Shown here: positions 20,734 to 30,430 of the stretch, in pieces
Layout of the letters: each line of letters starts with the position of its first letter
Numbering within the stretch: position 1 is the first letter of the stretch
From: Halofilum sp. (in: g-proteobacteria)
GTDB taxonomy: Bacteria > Pseudomonadota > Gammaproteobacteria > XJ16 > Halofilaceae
Reading direction: 5' to 3'
Length of the DNA: 64,000 nt
Assembly: GCA_034521365.1 (NCBI GenBank)
Contig: JAXHMQ010000007.1
Span: forward strand, 663,961 to 727,960
Made by a program: the position numbers and the translations under genes
Notes under the pieces: generated by a model
Databases searched by the model: none
Told to the model about the DNA's origin: nothing
Seen by the model: the letters and a program-made list of their open reading frames with translations, nothing else

Positions 20734-21225
20734 TCAGCCGACCTCCTCGAGGCGCCCCGACTCGACGTCGTAGACGAAGCCGCGGATCGCGTCCTTGTGC
20801 GGCACGAACGGGCTCGCCTCGATGCGCCGGATCGACTGGCGCACGTCCTCGGTCTCGTCACCGAAGGCCTCCATGGAGAACGGCGGCCGGATGCCCGTGT
20901 CCTGCTCGATCTGCGCCTTGACGTCGTCGTCCCTGAACGAGGTCATGCCGCAGTGCGTGTGGTGGACCAGCACGATCTCGCGCGTGCCGAGCAGGCGCTG
21001 CGAGATCGCCAGCGAGCGGACCACGTCGTCGGTGACGACACCGCCGGCGTTGCGGATCACGTGGGCGTCGCCGGTGCTCAGCCCGAGCATGGCGTAGATG
21101 TCGAGGCGCGCGTCCATGCAGGCCACGATCGCCACGGCGCGCGCCGGCGGCGCCTTCAGGCCGCCGTGCTCGAAGCCGGCGGCGTAGTCGGCGTTGTTGC
21201 CCAGCAGGTCGTCGGTTGCGCTCAT
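20734..21225 (-). CDS. beta-class carbonic anhydrase (clade D-like)
   Basis: ACMDARL, RNAGG, HHTHCG zinc motifs. Confidence 0.92.
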   Translation of the reverse strand: MSATDDLLGNNADYAAGFEHGGLKAPPARAVAIVACMDARLDIYAMLGLSTGDAHVIRNAGGVVTDDVVRSLAISQRLLGTREIVLVHHTHCGMTSFRDDDVKAQIEQDTGIRPPFSMEAFGDETEDVRQSIRRIEASPFVPHKDAIRGFVYDVESGRLEEVG

Positions 21226-21263
21226 CGCAGTCCCCCTTGTATGTACGTGCGCGCGCGGTGGCG

Positions 21264-21796
21264 TCAGGCGGGGTCGCGCCCGGCCGTCGGCACGCCCGCG
21301 TCCTCCACCTCGGCGGCGTCGGCCTCGGGCGACGCCAGCGGCTGTCCCGCCGCGAGGTCGTAGACGGTGACCTCGGCGCCGCTGCGGACCGTGCGCTTGC
21401 CCAGGCGCGGGAAGTCCGCGATCTCGCACTCGCGGTGCTCGCCGCCCATCAGGTAGACCAGGTCGTAGTCGAACGGGTTCCGCAGGTGATGGGCGACCGA
21501 GGGGGTCGGGAACGCGAGGAAATCGCCCGGGCCGACCGCGAGCTCGCGCCCGTCGACCTCGGCCACGCCGCAGCCCGACAGGATGTAGAGCCACTCCTCC
21601 TCATGGTGGTGCGCATGGTAGACGAAAGACTCGCGCCCGGGCGGCACGCGGGCGACGCTGACGCCGGTGCGCGCGAGCCCCAGCTCCTCGCCGAGGCGGA
21701 CCCCGACGATCGTCGAGCGCGGGTTCCACGGTGGAGAACGCCGTCGCGGCGCTCGATCTCGTTCGCGCGCAACAGGTACGGGCTGGTCGACGCCAT
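21264..21796 (-). CDS. cupin domain protein (frameshift near 21735)
   Basis: HAHHHEEEWLYILSG, AHHLRN, YLMGGE. Confidence 0.85.
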
Positions 21797-21912
21797 GGCG
21801 GGCCTCCGGCAGGGGGCCGCGCGCGGCCCCTTGCCGGAGTATACACGCGCTCACGTTTCGCCCGCCGCCGCCGCGGCGGTGGCGCCCGGCGCGATGCCGG
21901 TCGCCGCTCGGC

Positions 21913-22332
21913 TCAGGCGTGGTCGCGGGCGTTGGCGCGCCGCGCCGCCGCGCCGTCGCAGGTGTCCAGGTTGCGCGCCAGGTTGCGCGCGATGGTCACC
22001 GCCAGGTGGCGCGCACGCGCGGCGTACGGGCCGGCGAAGCGCTCGTCGAGGGTGCGGGTGAACAGCGCCAGCCAGCGGTCGAAGTGACGCGCGCCGAGCC
22101 CGAAGCGCGCGTGCACGGCGGCGTGGCGCGCGACCATGTTGCGCCGGTAGCCGGCCTCGCCCAGCAGCATCTTGCGCCAGAAGGCCTTGATGCGGGGCAG
22201 GTGGGTGTCGAGGTCGATCGCCGCGACCTCGGTGAACACCGGCGCCAGCGTGGGATCGGCGAGCACGCGCGCGTAGAACGCGTCGACCAGGCGGTCGATG
22301 GCGGCGGCGTTGTCGAGGTCGGGTCGGGTCAT
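21913..22332 (-). CDS. group III truncated hemoglobin
   Basis: LVDAFYARVLAD, HLPRIKAFWRKML, HFDRWLALF, F-x-G-P-x-A. Confidence 0.88.
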   Translation of the reverse strand: MTRPDLDNAAAIDRLVDAFYARVLADPTLAPVFTEVAAIDLDTHLPRIKAFWRKMLLGEAGYRRNMVARHAAVHARFGLGARHFDRWLALFTRTLDERFAGPYAARARHLAVTIARNLARNLDTCDGAAARRANARDHA

Positions 22333-22336
22333 GGCG

Positions 22337-22960
22337 CTAGCGGAGGCACCCGGGCGAACGGGGCGCACGGGCCGGCGTGCGGGCGCCGGCCCGGTGCCGC
22401 GGCGGCGGCCTACCAGAGCAGCACCGGCAGACCTCGTGCCGGCAGTCGCGCGCGATGGCGCGCCGGCTGCAGGCCCGCGGGGCGCGCGTGCGCTGGCGGC
22501 CGCGGCTGCTGATCTCGATCACCGGGCGCATGCGCCCGGCGTTGCGGTGGACGTCGGCCAGCGAGGCCACCGGCTCGGCGTAGGTGCGCGCGGCCACCTC
22601 GTAGGCCACGCGCGAGGCGTTGCAGTTCACCACCTCCAGGCGTGCCCGGTCGCCGTCGACCACCTCGAGCGCCACCTCGTAGCCGCCGGCGACGAGTGCG
22701 CTCGCGTACCGTCGCCAGCGCCGGCGCCACGCCGTGGCGCATGACCGCGCGCGCCTGCGCCGCGGCGTCGCCACCCGCGGCCCGCAGGGCCGCGCGGGTG
22801 CTCGCGCGCCGGGTCGAGCCGGTCGGCCGCATCCAGCGTCCATCTCGACCACCGGCGAGTCGCTCCAGCGCAGCCCGGACGGGCGCGCGTGGCCCGTCGG
22901 GCCCGGCGCCGCCGGAACCCACGACCGCCCGGTCGCGAAGTCGTTCATCCGCCGCTGCAT
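22337..22960 (-). CDS. hypothetical protein, paralog of 23323-23757 (frameshifted)
   Basis: Joining frames gives VAPALATVRERLVAGGYEVALE...YAEPVASLAD...IEISSRG, which aligns by eye with the neighbouring gene. Confidence 0.5.
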   Translation of the reverse strand: MQRRMNDFATGRSWVPAAPGPTGHARPSGLRWSDSPVVEMDAGCGRPARPGARAPARPCGPRVATPRRRRARSCATAWRRRWRRYASALVAGGYEVALEVVDGDRARLEVVNCNASRVAYEVAARTYAEPVASLADVHRNAGRMRPVIEISSRGRQRTRAPRACSRRAIARDCRHEVCRCCSGRPPPRHRAGARTPARAPRSPGCLR

Positions 22961-23166
22961 CGTCGTCTCGCCTGCCTGTTCCGCCATCGTCCGCGTGCTC
23001 CGCCGTCGCCGGCACCGTATCGTGGTGCGCGCGCAGGATGGGGCGGCACGGGCCCGCGGCAAGGCCCGGGGCGACGCGGATTGCTCCCGTACGACAGGGG
23101 CTTGCGCAGGATTCTCAGGTCCGGTTGAGCAAAACTCGTCGCGCCGCGGCGGGTGCCTCGGTCGCC

Positions 23167-23326
23167 CTGGCAGCCTGTCGGGCTCGGCTCATCCTGCTGC
23201 GGCGAGGGCGGTCCATATTTCCGATCCTCGTCGTCAAATCGTTCCCACTATTCTCCTCGGACGATCGAAAATCTGTTCTCGATTCTCGCGCCTCGCTACG
23301 ACGCCCCAAGTCCGACAGGCTGCTAG
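23167..23326. mobile_element. MITE-like element with terminal inverted repeats, CTRG ends
   Basis: Left end CTGGCAGCCTGTCGGGCT; reverse complement of right end CTAGCAGCCTGTCGGACT; AT-richer interior. Confidence 0.72.
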
Positions 23327-23757
23327 GGCGAGCGCATCAGGAAGCGGCGGTAGTAGGCCAGCGCGCCCTTCTCCATGGCCTCGCGATGGCAGCGGCTGGT
23401 GGGGAACTCGCGGGTCTTGCCGCCGGACTCGATCTCGATGCGCGCGAAGCGCGCGAGCTTGCCCTGCTCGCCCATCGAGGCCAGGTTGACGACCGGCTCC
23501 TTGTACACGAAGCCGCGCGCGCGGTAGACGAGCGGCAGGCCGTTGAAGTTCATCGCGCGCAGCTCGACGGCCTCGTCGTCCGCCTCCAGGCTCACCTCGA
23601 AGCCCTCCGAGGCGAGCCGGTCGCGTACCGCCTCCAGCGCCGGGCGGACGTGCTCGCGCAGGCAGGTCTCGATCTCGGCCTCCGGGTCCGTGTCCGGGGC
23701 GGCGACCGGTTGCCGCCCCGGCAGGATCGCGTCGCTCAGCCGGCGCCAGAGTCCCAT
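23323..23757 (-). CDS. hypothetical protein resembling a stand-alone BetT C-terminal domain
   Basis: CLREHVRPALEAVRDRLASEGFEV...LVYRAR...ARIEIESGG...YYRRFL pattern; resemblance judged by eye. Confidence 0.55.
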   Translation of the reverse strand: MGLWRRLSDAILPGRQPVAAPDTDPEAEIETCLREHVRPALEAVRDRLASEGFEVSLEADDEAVELRAMNFNGLPLVYRARGFVYKEPVVNLASMGEQGKLARFARIEIESGGKTREFPTSRCHREAMEKGALAYYRRFLMRSP

Positions 23758-23850
23758 GCGAATCCTCCCCCTTCGCCCGTGCCGCGCGGCGGCTGGTGCC
23801 GACACCCGGGCATCATCGACCCGGCGCCGTGCCGCCGGCAAGGGCGGCGC

Positions 23851-23946
<96 letters not shown>

Positions 23947-24093
23947 CGCGGGTGTCCCGGTCCCGGGATGTGACGACGACAATACAAAGTCCGTAGACGA
24001 CTACGGAGTCAAGCCCGGGCGCCAGTTGACTGCAATGGGGGATCGGCTACAAACGGTAGGAGTGTCATTGCATGCAGCGGTGGAGGCGAGGCC

Positions 24094-25983
24094 ATGGCGG
24101 GGACGGGTTACGAGGCGGTGTACGAGCAGGCGCGCACCGACCCGGAGGGCTTCTGGGGCGCGGCCGCGGAGGCGATCGACTGGGACGCCCCGGCCGAGCG
24201 CGTGCTCGACGACAGCCAGGCGCCGTTCTACCGCTGGTTCCCGGGGGCGCGGCTCAACACCTGCCACAACGCCGTCGACCGCCACGCCGACGGCGCCCGC
24301 GGCGACCAGGCCGCGCTGATCCACGACAGCCCGGTCACGGGCACGGTCGCGACCTGGACCTATCGCGAGCTGCGCGACGACATCGCGCGCCTCGCCGGTG
24401 CCCTCGCCGGCCTGGGCGTGGGTCACGGCGACCGCGTGGTGATCTACATGCCGATGATCCCCGAGACGGTGATGGCGATGCTCGCCTGCGCCCGCCTCGG
24501 GGCGATCCACTCGGTGGTCTTCGGCGGCTTCGCCTCCTACGAGCTCGCCTCGCGCATCGACGACGCCCGCCCGAAGGTCGTGCTGTCCGCGTCCTGCGGC
24601 ATCGAGCCCTCGGGCACGGTGGCCTACAAGCCGTTGCTCGACCGCGCGCTGGAGATCGCGGACCACGCGCCCGCGACCTGCGTGGTGCTCCAGCGCGAGC
24701 AGCTCGCCGCTGAGCTCGACGGCGGCCGCGACCGCGACTGGCGCGAGCTCGTCGACGGCGCACAGCCGGCGGGCTGCGTCCCGGTCGCCGCGACCGACCC
24801 GCTCTACATCCTCTACACCTCGGGCACGACCGGCCACCCCAAGGGCGTCGTGCGCGACAACGGCGGCCACGCGGTGGCCCTGCACTGGTCGATGGAGAAC
24901 GTCTACGGCGTCGCCCCCGGCGAGGTCTTCTGGGCCGCCTCGGACGTGGGCTGGGTCGTGGGCCACTCCTACATCGTCTACGCGCCGCTGCTCGCCGGCT
25001 GCACCACGGTGCTCTACGAGGGCAAGCCGGTGGGCACGCCGGACCCGGGCGCGTTCTGGCGCGTGGTCGCGCAGCACGGCGTCAAGGTGCTGTTCACCGC
25101 GCCCACGGCGTTCCGCGCGATCAAGAAGGAGGACCACGACGGCAGCTACCGGCGCCAGCACGACCTCGGCGACTTCCGGGCGCTGTTCCTCGCCGGCGAG
25201 CGCTGCGACCCGGACACGCTCGAGTGGGCGCGCGACCTGCTCGGCGTGCCGGTGATCGACCATTGGTGGCAGACCGAGACCGGCTGGCCGGCGGCCGCGA
25301 ACTGCATCGGCATCGAGCAGCTGCCGGTGAAGCCGGGCTCGGCGACCGTGCCGGTGCCGGGCTACGACATGCGCGTGCTCGACAGGGGCGGGCGCGAGCG
25401 CGCCGCCGGCGAGCTCGGCGACCTCGCGATCCGCCTGCCGCTGCCGCCGGGCTGCCTGATGACGCTCTGGAACAACGACCAGGGCTTCCGCAAGGCCTAC
25501 CTCGAGCGCTACCCGGGCTACTACCGCACCGGCGATGCCGGCTTCATCGACGGCGACGGCTACGTCTGGATCATGAGCCGCACCGACGACGTCATCAACG
25601 TCGCCGGCCACCGGCTGTCCACGGGCGTGCTCGAGGCGGCGGTGGCCGGCCACCCCGACGTCGCGGAGTGCGCCGTCATCGGTGTGCACGACGAGATCAA
25701 GGGCCAGCTCCCGGTTGGCCTGGTCGTGCTCAAGGCCGGCGTCGAGCGCACGCACGACGAGGTCGCCGCCGAGCTGCGCGAGCGCGTGCGCGAGCACGTC
25801 GGCCCGGTCGCCGCCTTCCGCGACTGCTTCGTGGTCAGCCGCCTGCCGAAGACGCGCTCCGGCAAGGTGCTGCGCGCGACCATGCGGCGCATCGCCGACG
25901 GCCAGGAGTACACCGTGCCCCCGACCATCGACGACCCCGCGATCCTGGACGAGATCGCGGCCGCGATGGCGGACAGGGGGTAG
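24094..25983 (+). CDS. prpE: propionyl-CoA synthetase (acetate/propionate-CoA ligase)
   Basis: YILYTSGTTGHPKG, DHWWQTETG, SRTDDVINVAGHRLS, LPKTRSGK. Confidence 0.85.
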   Translation: MAGTGYEAVYEQARTDPEGFWGAAAEAIDWDAPAERVLDDSQAPFYRWFPGARLNTCHNAVDRHADGARGDQAALIHDSPVTGTVATWTYRELRDDIARLAGALAGLGVGHGDRVVIYMPMIPETVMAMLACARLGAIHSVVFGGFASYELASRIDDARPKVVLSASCGIEPSGTVAYKPLLDRALEIADHAPATCVVLQREQLAAELDGGRDRDWRELVDGAQPAGCVPVAATDPLYILYTSGTTGHPKGVVRDNGGHAVALHWSMENVYGVAPGEVFWAASDVGWVVGHSYIVYAPLLAGCTTVLYEGKPVGTPDPGAFWRVVAQHGVKVLFTAPTAFRAIKKEDHDGSYRRQHDLGDFRALFLAGERCDPDTLEWARDLLGVPVIDHWWQTETGWPAAANCIGIEQLPVKPGSATVPVPGYDMRVLDRGGRERAAGELGDLAIRLPLPPGCLMTLWNNDQGFRKAYLERYPGYYRTGDAGFIDGDGYVWIMSRTDDVINVAGHRLSTGVLEAAVAGHPDVAECAVIGVHDEIKGQLPVGLVVLKAGVERTHDEVAAELRERVREHVGPVAAFRDCFVVSRLPKTRSGKVLRATMRRIADGQEYTVPPTIDDPAILDEIAAAMADRG

Positions 25984-26122
25984 GAAGGGCCGAGGCGTAG
26001 GCGCGTTTCGGCCGAAGGCCGACGCGCGCATGGGGCGTCCGATCGCTCGATGCGCGCGTTCGCGCGCGGCTGAGGCTGAGGCGAGGGCCGACAGGGCTGA
26101 AGGGCTGAAGGCGGCGAAGGCG

Positions 26123-26178
26123 AGGGCGAAGGGCGGAGGGCGAAGGGCGAAGGGCGAAGGGCGAAGGGCGAAGGGCGA
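26123..26178. repeat. heptamer tandem repeat (AGGGCGA) x8
   Basis: Eight adjacent units, one being AGGGCGG, preceded by AGGGCTGA and GAGGCT units. Confidence 0.9.
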
Positions 26179-26510
26179 CCGATTGCGCATGCGGGCGGGC
26201 AACCCGGAGGTACGATGACCGTAGGCGAGGCGTTCGACGCGCTCGCGGCATGGTTGCTGTCGACTCAGGCTCGTGACCGCGCTGCCGGCGCTGGCGCTGG
26301 CGGTGTTCTTCGTCTTCGGGGTCGGTCTCGCGATCGCCGCGCTGCGCCGGGTGCTCGGCGGGCGCCGGTCGGATGGGGGCCTGCGCCGCGGCGCCCTGGT
26401 GGACCTGGCCGCCGGAGCCGCCTGCGCCGTCGCGGCGGCCTGGGCGCCTGGTTGCATTCGTGTAGCGCGCGGCGACACGATGTCGGCGCGCGCCGCTGGT
26501 GCCTGCGTGC

Positions 26511-27833
26511 TCAATGCAGCTTCAACCGCGGCCGCGTGCGCCGCGACACGAGGTCGGACAGCAGCAGCGCGAGCGCGCGGATGGGGCCGTGCAGCGCGCG
26601 CTGGTGGTCGCGGTAGAGCCAGCGGTAGCTCGCGCGCGCGAACCAGCCCTCGATGGTGACGTTGCCGAGCAGCGCGCCCATCAGCGTGCCGAAGGCGCTG
26701 TCGCTGACGTTCACCAGCGAGCCGCGGTCGCGGTAGACGTACTCGGGCAGGTCCTCCCCGGCGAGGTGGCGCGGCAGCGCCCGCGCCAGGAAGGCCGCCT
26801 GCTGGTCGGCCGCCTGCGCGCGCGGCGGCACCAGCGCGCTGCCCTCGGCGTCGCGCGGGCAGGCCGCGCAGTCGCCCAGCGCGAACACGTTCGCGTCGCG
26901 CGTCGTCTGCAGCGTGCGCCCGACGACGAGCTGGTCGCGCGCGTTCGTCTCGAGGCCCCCGATCCCGCCGAGGAAGGCGGGCGCCTTGACGCCGGCGGCC
27001 CAGACCCTGAAGCGCGCGGGGATGAAGTCGCCGCCCTCGACCTGGATGCCGTCGGCCGTGACCTCGGCGACCGCCTCGCCGGTGCGGGTCTCGACGCCGA
27101 GGCGCCGCAGCTGGTCGCGCGTGGCATCGGCGATGTCCTGTGGCAGGCCCGGCAACAGGCGCGGCGCGCGCTCGATGATCACCAGCCGGGTGTCGTGCAC
27201 CACGTCGATGTCACAGGCGCCGTAGTCCGCGAGCTCGTGGCGCATCTTGTCGAGCTCGGCGGCCAGCTCGACGCCCGTGGCGCCCGCGCCCACGATCGCG
27301 ACGTCGAGCTCGCCCGGCGTGGCCGGTCCGCCCCCCTGGCCCGCGCGCAGGTAGGCCTCGAGCAGCCCGCGGCGGAAGGTCTCGGCCTCGTCGGCCGATT
27401 CCAGGCTGAAGCAGTGCTCGGCCACCCCCGGCACGCCGAAGTCGTTGCCGACGCTGCCCACCGCGATCACCAGGGTGTCGTAGCCGAGCGCGCGCGCCGG
27501 CAGGGCCTCGCGCCCGTCGGCTTCGTGCAGCGGCGCCAGGTGCACGCGGCGGGCCTCGCAATCGAGGCCGTCCATGCGCCCCCACACGAAGGTGAAGTGG
27601 TGCGCCCGCGCGTGCGCGATGTAGTCGCACTCGTCGTCGTGGATGTCGAGGGTCCCCGCCGCGATCTCGTGCAGCAGGGGCTTCCAGACGTGCGTCAGCG
27701 AGGCGTCGACCAGCGTGACGCGCACGCCGGCGTCGCGCCGGTAGCGCCGCCCGAGGCGCGTGGCGAGCTTGAGGCCCCCGGAGCCGCCGCCGACGATGAC
27801 CATACGGTGCGGGTCGCTCGCTGTCACGCTCAT
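26511..27833 (-). CDS. ndh: type II NADH dehydrogenase
   Basis: VIVGGGSGG, HVWKPLLHE, IVGAGATGVELAAEL, FALGDCA, PPRAQAA. Confidence 0.9.
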   Translation of the reverse strand: MSVTASDPHRMVIVGGGSGGLKLATRLGRRYRRDAGVRVTLVDASLTHVWKPLLHEIAAGTLDIHDDECDYIAHARAHHFTFVWGRMDGLDCEARRVHLAPLHEADGREALPARALGYDTLVIAVGSVGNDFGVPGVAEHCFSLESADEAETFRRGLLEAYLRAGQGGGPATPGELDVAIVGAGATGVELAAELDKMRHELADYGACDIDVVHDTRLVIIERAPRLLPGLPQDIADATRDQLRRLGVETRTGEAVAEVTADGIQVEGGDFIPARFRVWAAGVKAPAFLGGIGGLETNARDQLVVGRTLQTTRDANVFALGDCAACPRDAEGSALVPPRAQAADQQAAFLARALPRHLAGEDLPEYVYRDRGSLVNVSDSAFGTLMGALLGNVTIEGWFARASYRWLYRDHQRALHGPIRALALLLSDLVSRRTRPRLKLH

Positions 27834-27932
27834 CGCCGGCCCCCCGTCCGTGTGCCGGGCGCATTGTAACGCCCGGGCCGCACGGCTACGCCACTACCCG
27901 GGCCACGGACACGGGTGCAATGCACGCGAAAG

Positions 27933-28128
27933 CGAACCGCGAATGGACGCGAATGATCGCGAATGGGCCGCGGGCCTGTTGGCCCCGGCGGCGCTTTTCT
28001 GCAGCGGGCGTTCCGCGCGTCCAGCTTCCCGGCGCGCCCAAGGGCTGCGGCCGGTGGTCCCGATCCGTTCAGCGCAGCTCCGCGGCGCCCGCCATTCCTC
28101 CGGGCCATTCGCGTCCATTCGCGGTTCG
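27933..28128. repeat. nested inverted-repeat element, GAACCGCGAAT family (copy B)
   Basis: CGAACCGCGAATGGACGCGAATG ... CATTCGCGTCCATTCGCGGTTCG perfect terminal inverted repeat. Confidence 0.85.
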
Positions 28129-28199
28129 TGGTGAACGGCCTGCGGGGGCGAGCGCCGCGCCGGATCCCGGCTGCGCCGCGGTCCGGCTGCACGTCCGGT

Positions 28200-28523
28200 T
28201 CAGCGCTCGCCGTTCGAGAGGTCGCCGACCCAGCTGTACGCGGCGGCGGCGCGCGGGAAGCCCAGCGTCGGGATCGCCAGCAGCGCGACCTGCTCGATGG
28301 CGGCCGCCTCGATGCCCTCGCGGGTTGCGCGGCGCACGTGCGAGTGCACGGCACCCTCGGACTGTGCCCCGATGGCCAGCGCCAGCTTGACCAGGCGCCG
28401 CTCGCGCTCGTTCAGCGGCCCGGCATCGCCCAGGGCCCGGCCCAGGGCGCTGTAGGCGGACCACACGTCCGGGTGGCGCTCGGCGATCTCGCCGGCGGTG
28501 GCGGGCAGCTCGCTCTCGTTCAT
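28200..28523 (-). CDS. carboxymuconolactone decarboxylase (AhpD-like) family protein
   Basis: GPLNERERRLVKLALAIG...EGAVHSHVRRA...IPTLGFP. Confidence 0.85.
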   Translation of the reverse strand: MNESELPATAGEIAERHPDVWSAYSALGRALGDAGPLNERERRLVKLALAIGAQSEGAVHSHVRRATREGIEAAAIEQVALLAIPTLGFPRAAAAYSWVGDLSNGER

Positions 28524-28595
28524 CTCGATTCTCCGGTGGCTGGCGTTGCGGCGGCATCATTCGCCCGATGCTCGACCCGACAGCATCCATTGTAC

Positions 28596-28641
28596 TTGAC
28601 GGGCATCAAGGCCCGCGGCGCCGGCGGTTGATGCACGTCAA
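28596..28641. promoter_or_regulatory. two FNR/ANR/DNR-type boxes
   Basis: TTGAC-GGGC-ATCAA (28596-28609) and TTGAT-GCAC-GTCAA (28628-28641) upstream of hemN. Confidence 0.85.
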
Positions 28642-28705
28642 GGGCCGGCGCCCGCGCCGCGGCCATACTCCGGGTCGACATGCAGTCGCGTTCCCGGATG
28701 TTGCC

Positions 28706-30085
28706 GTGACCCCGAGCGTGGAATTCGATCCCGGGCTGGTGCGCCGCCACGACGTCGCCGGCCCGCGCTATACCTCCTACCCGACGGCGCCCTGGTTCCA
28801 CGAGGGCTTCGGCGTCGACGACTACGAGGCCAGCGCGGCCATGGCGGACGCGCGGCGGCCGCTGTCGCTCTACTTCCACCTGCCCTTCTGCGCGACGCTG
28901 TGCTTCTACTGCGCCTGCAACAAGGTGGTGACGAAGAACCGTGCCCACGCCGGGCCCTATCTCGAGCGCCTCGCGCGCGAGATCGAGCTGCAGGCCGAGC
29001 TGTTCGGCGGGCGGCCGTCGGTGGACCAGCTGCACTGGGGCGGCGGCACGCCGACCTTCCTCGACGCGGCGCGCCTGCAGTGGCTGTTCGAGCACATCCG
29101 CCGGGCCTACCCGCTGCGCGACGACGACGGCGGCGATTACTCGATCGAGCTGGACCCGCGCACGGTCGATCGCGAGACCATCGGCCTGCTGCGCCGGCTC
29201 GGGTTCAATCGCGCCAGCCTCGGCGTGCAGGACCTCAACGAGGAGGTCCAGCGCGCGGTCAATCGCATCCAGCCCGAGGCGGTGACGCGCGCCACGCTCG
29301 ACGCCTGCCGCGAGGCCGGCTTCCGCTCGCTCAACGTGGACCTGATCTACGGCCTGCCGCTGCAGACCCTGCACAGCTTCACGCGCACGATCGACCGGGT
29401 CATCGAGCTCGCGCCCGACCGCATCGCGCTCTACAACTACGCGCACCTGCCGGAGCGTTTCCCGCCGCAGCGGCGCATCCGCGCCGAGGACCTGCCGGGC
29501 CCCGAGGAGCGCCTCGCGATCCTGCGGCGCGCGATCGCGCACCTCACCGAGGCCGGCTACGTCTACATCGGCATGGATCACTTCGCGCTGCCCGACGACG
29601 AGCTGGCGCGCGCGCAGCGCGCGGGCACGCTGACGCGCAATTTCCAGGGCTACAGCACGCACGGGGGCTGCGACCTCGTCGCCCACGGCATCAGCGCCAT
29701 CGGCGCCTTCGGCAACTGCTACAGCCAGCACTCCCGCGAGCGCGGGCCGTACTACGAGGCGCTCGACGCCGGCCGCCTGCCGGTGGCGCGCGGGCTCACG
29801 CTGTCACCCGACGACCGCCTGCGACGCGACGTGATCATGCGCCTGATGTGCGATTTCGCGCTCGACGTGCCGACGCTGGAGCGCCAGCACGGCATCGACT
29901 TCGAACAGGCGCTCGCGGCCGAATGCGCCGCGCTGGAGCCACTGATCGCGGATGGCCTGGTCCGCTGGCAGGGGCGGCGCCTGGAGGTCACGTCCGTCGG
30001 CCGCCTGCTCGTGCGCAACGTGGCGATGGTGTTCGATCGCTACCTCCAGCGCGACCGGGACACGCGCTACTCGCGGGCGATCTGA
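28706..30085 (+). CDS. hemN: oxygen-independent coproporphyrinogen III oxidase
   Basis: GPRYTSYPTA, HLPFCATLCFYCAC radical-SAM motif, HWGGGTPT, IGMDHFA, RNFQGYS. Confidence 0.96.
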   Translation: MTPSVEFDPGLVRRHDVAGPRYTSYPTAPWFHEGFGVDDYEASAAMADARRPLSLYFHLPFCATLCFYCACNKVVTKNRAHAGPYLERLAREIELQAELFGGRPSVDQLHWGGGTPTFLDAARLQWLFEHIRRAYPLRDDDGGDYSIELDPRTVDRETIGLLRRLGFNRASLGVQDLNEEVQRAVNRIQPEAVTRATLDACREAGFRSLNVDLIYGLPLQTLHSFTRTIDRVIELAPDRIALYNYAHLPERFPPQRRIRAEDLPGPEERLAILRRAIAHLTEAGYVYIGMDHFALPDDELARAQRAGTLTRNFQGYSTHGGCDLVAHGISAIGAFGNCYSQHSRERGPYYEALDAGRLPVARGLTLSPDDRLRRDVIMRLMCDFALDVPTLERQHGIDFEQALAAECAALEPLIADGLVRWQGRRLEVTSVGRLLVRNVAMVFDRYLQRDRDTRYSRAI

Positions 30086-30138
30086 GCGCCGCGGCGCCTT
30101 CCCGGGGGAGCAGGGCCATCAACGCCGTGCGCAGGGGA

Positions 30139-30360
30139 TCTCGCCAGGACGCCAGGGGACGCCAGCAAGGATCTCTCGCAGAGAACGCGGAGCGCGCCGA
30201 GAACAGCGGGGAAGGCCTTCTGTCCAACCGTTGCACGGCGACGAGGCCTGCGTCGCCGATGGCGCCGCGAGGGTGATCACCGCGGCGCGCTGGCTGACGT
30301 GATCTCTCCGCGTGCTCTGCGCTCTCCGCGAGAGATCAAGGCCTTGGGGCCTTGGCGAGA
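30139..30360. repeat. nested inverted-repeat element, TCTCGC(C/A) family
   Basis: Outer TCTCGCCAGG / CTTGGCGAGA; inner GATCTCTCGCAGAGAACGCGGAG / CTCTGCGCTCTCCGCGAGAGATC. Confidence 0.7.
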
Positions 30361-30430
30361 GTCCACGTGCACGGGGCACAGCGGATACCGCGGCGCCCGA
30401 GCGAGGCCAAGGCCACGCGCTCCTCGCGCC

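Noticed and set aside
26273-26465. Small two-TM membrane ORF
   Set aside because: Plausibly hydrophobic, but with no recognisable family and an unclear stop, so not listed as a feature.
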